DNA of 64,000 nt. It comes from Camelus dromedarius (lineage: Eukaryota). The notes beneath the pieces are model-generated. The model worked only from the letters and a program-made list of their open reading frames with translations. It was not told where the DNA came from and did not search any database. Of this stretch, positions 62,296-64,000 are shown piece by piece (within the stretch, counting starts at the first letter, position 1; every line of letters starts with the position of its first letter). The stretch lies in assembly GCF_036321535.1 (NCBI RefSeq), contig NC_087436.1, positions 112,036,001 through 112,100,000 of the forward strand. Reading direction: 5' to 3'. Both the position numbers and the translations under genes were made by a program.

Positions 62296-64000
62296 GGGGA
62301 TTTTCTCCCTCCATCCCTGGGGGATGCTAGCCACATCTTTTCTGCTCCTTCTTAGGTACAATCCAGCTACTTTGAGCTTCAAACATGGTCTCAATTTAGC
62401 TACTGGCATATCAAACGCTGAGTCTCAGCCAAAACTTGGGCTCTGATAGGTCTTCTCTCCTGTGCAGCTCAGACTTGGTTCAAACTGAAAGATGCAGGGG
62501 GAAAGGAAAGCATTTCTCTTCTTCTTGCTTTTCTTCTCACCTTCGTCCTTCCCTCACCTGCAGCCTCTGGTTTACTGTCTTTCAGGGTCTAAGGTGGGTG
62601 AGGGGTTGTGCTAGGATGGTTCACATTTGGCTGGAGGGAGGGTTTCATGTTCCAGGCATGGCAAATATTCAAAAGGGAGACCCTGGATAGGCTGAGGCCA
62701 ACCAATAGGAAAGGAGATGTGTTCCCTCATGGTCCCCTCCCTCCTGCAGTTCCCTGGCCCAGGTTGATGCGTCTGGTCCTAAGCCCTGGCTTTCAGCCAA
62801 CACCTGCTGAACAACTTTATTGGGCCTGCCCTCCCTCTCCCTTGGCTTATCTGGCTCCCAGGACATGCACATGGCACTTGTCCTCACGGCCTCTAGGGTG
62901 CAGGCTCAGGCCAGCCGAGCAGTCCTCTCCCAGCTGGCCCCCCAGCAGGCATTCAGCCCCCTCAGCCCCTTCTCAGAGCTCACACTCAGATACCCCATCC
63001 TCTCCAACTTTCTGAATCCGGGCCAGCCTCCAGACCTCTACACCTTCCATCTGCCAGAAATAGACTTCAAAAATCTCCACATCCCTGAAGCACCCACTGG
63101 CCGGGTGTCGGAGGTGGAAGTGGCCCACATGCTGGGGCAAGGATGGAGCTCCCCCAGAAATCCCTTCACCAGCGCTCTGCGCCCACACTCCTGGTCCCTT
63201 TGTGATCTCATTCTGCTCGCTCCGTCCGTCTGCACACCGCAGCCTCCTGCCTCTCCCAGGCATACGGCTGTGTGTGCCTTGCCTGTCGTCACGGCAGGAA
63301 AGGAAGCGCCTAGTCCAGTTATGTGGATTATCTTAGCGCGTTCTTTTCGCGAAGGCGTTCCCACTGTTTGAACTTTCACTACTGAAAACAAGGCGGGGTG
63401 CCTAGCGCAGTGGATGGGGAATCTCTGCGGAGAAGCCAGTCTGGAGTCTCTGGAATCATGCAGAGAGTACACGTGTGCCTCTGGGCAACATCGATTATTA
63501 CGCAGGCCCTGGCAGGGTGGGGAAAGGGTATGAGAGATTTGAATATGGGCCACTGTTATATGCCTCGCAGACAGGACTTTCACCACGGGAATGCAAATGT
63601 GAGTAACAGGGATTTTTAAAAATCTCTTCTCTGAAGGTGATGAGATATTGGGTGGTCTTTCTTGATTAAAAAAAAAAAACTCATTGGTAACAGATGAAAT
63701 GGAAACTCAAGAACTTACGAACTCGTTTCTAGTTCAGATCAGCCAGGTCTTTGTTCCCAGCCGGCCCTTCATTTGCATGTTCCTGACTCCTTCAAATGTC
63801 CCAAATGCCCCACCGCTGTCCTGCCCTTGCCCCAATGTTATGTTCCACATCTTTTCCAATTCTCATTTTTTTTCTTGCTTTATCTAAACTTAAACCCACT
63901 TTGCCCCTCCAACCCCAACATGTCTTCCCAGGAAGCGGGGAAGAAATTGTTAATAACTCATATTGATCTGTGTTAATATGGTGGTCACTGCTTAGACCGG

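Noticed and set aside
62820..63586. Overlapping 183-aa and 182-aa ORFs
   Set aside because: No recognisable domain, GC-rich low-stop sequence and non-ATG starts.
1..64000. CRISPR arrays, operons, rRNA or prokaryotic systems
   Set aside because: The sequence is mammalian; no regularly spaced repeat-spacer structure or rRNA similarity was seen.

Overview
Mammalian, non-coding, repeat-rich DNA, most likely from a camelid (inferred from a tRNA-Ala-derived Vic-1-type SINE and a cetartiodactyl-type L1). I recognise no host protein-coding exon, so the window is either a large intron or intergenic. The dominant feature is a young, full-length 7.08-kb LINE-1 on the minus strand (24273-31353). It has a 15-bp target-site duplication (TSD) at a TT/AAAA site, a YY1 site and a CpG-island 5'UTR, but ORF1 and ORF2 are disabled by three homopolymer frameshifts, two nonsense codons and an HADD reverse-transcriptase (RT) motif. 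It sits inside an ancient L1M fragment. The rest is ERV1-type solo LTRs (three with intact 4-bp TSDs, two of them from one family), MLT1 LTRs, hAT/Tigger MITEs, older L1/L2/MIR fragments, microsatellites and several repeat-free motif-dense islands that may be enhancers, one with a perfect 13-bp inverted repeat. I found no convincing new biological system. The findings are leads of modest interest. Repeat family names come from recalled consensus sequences, not a database search, and boundaries without a TSD are approximate.
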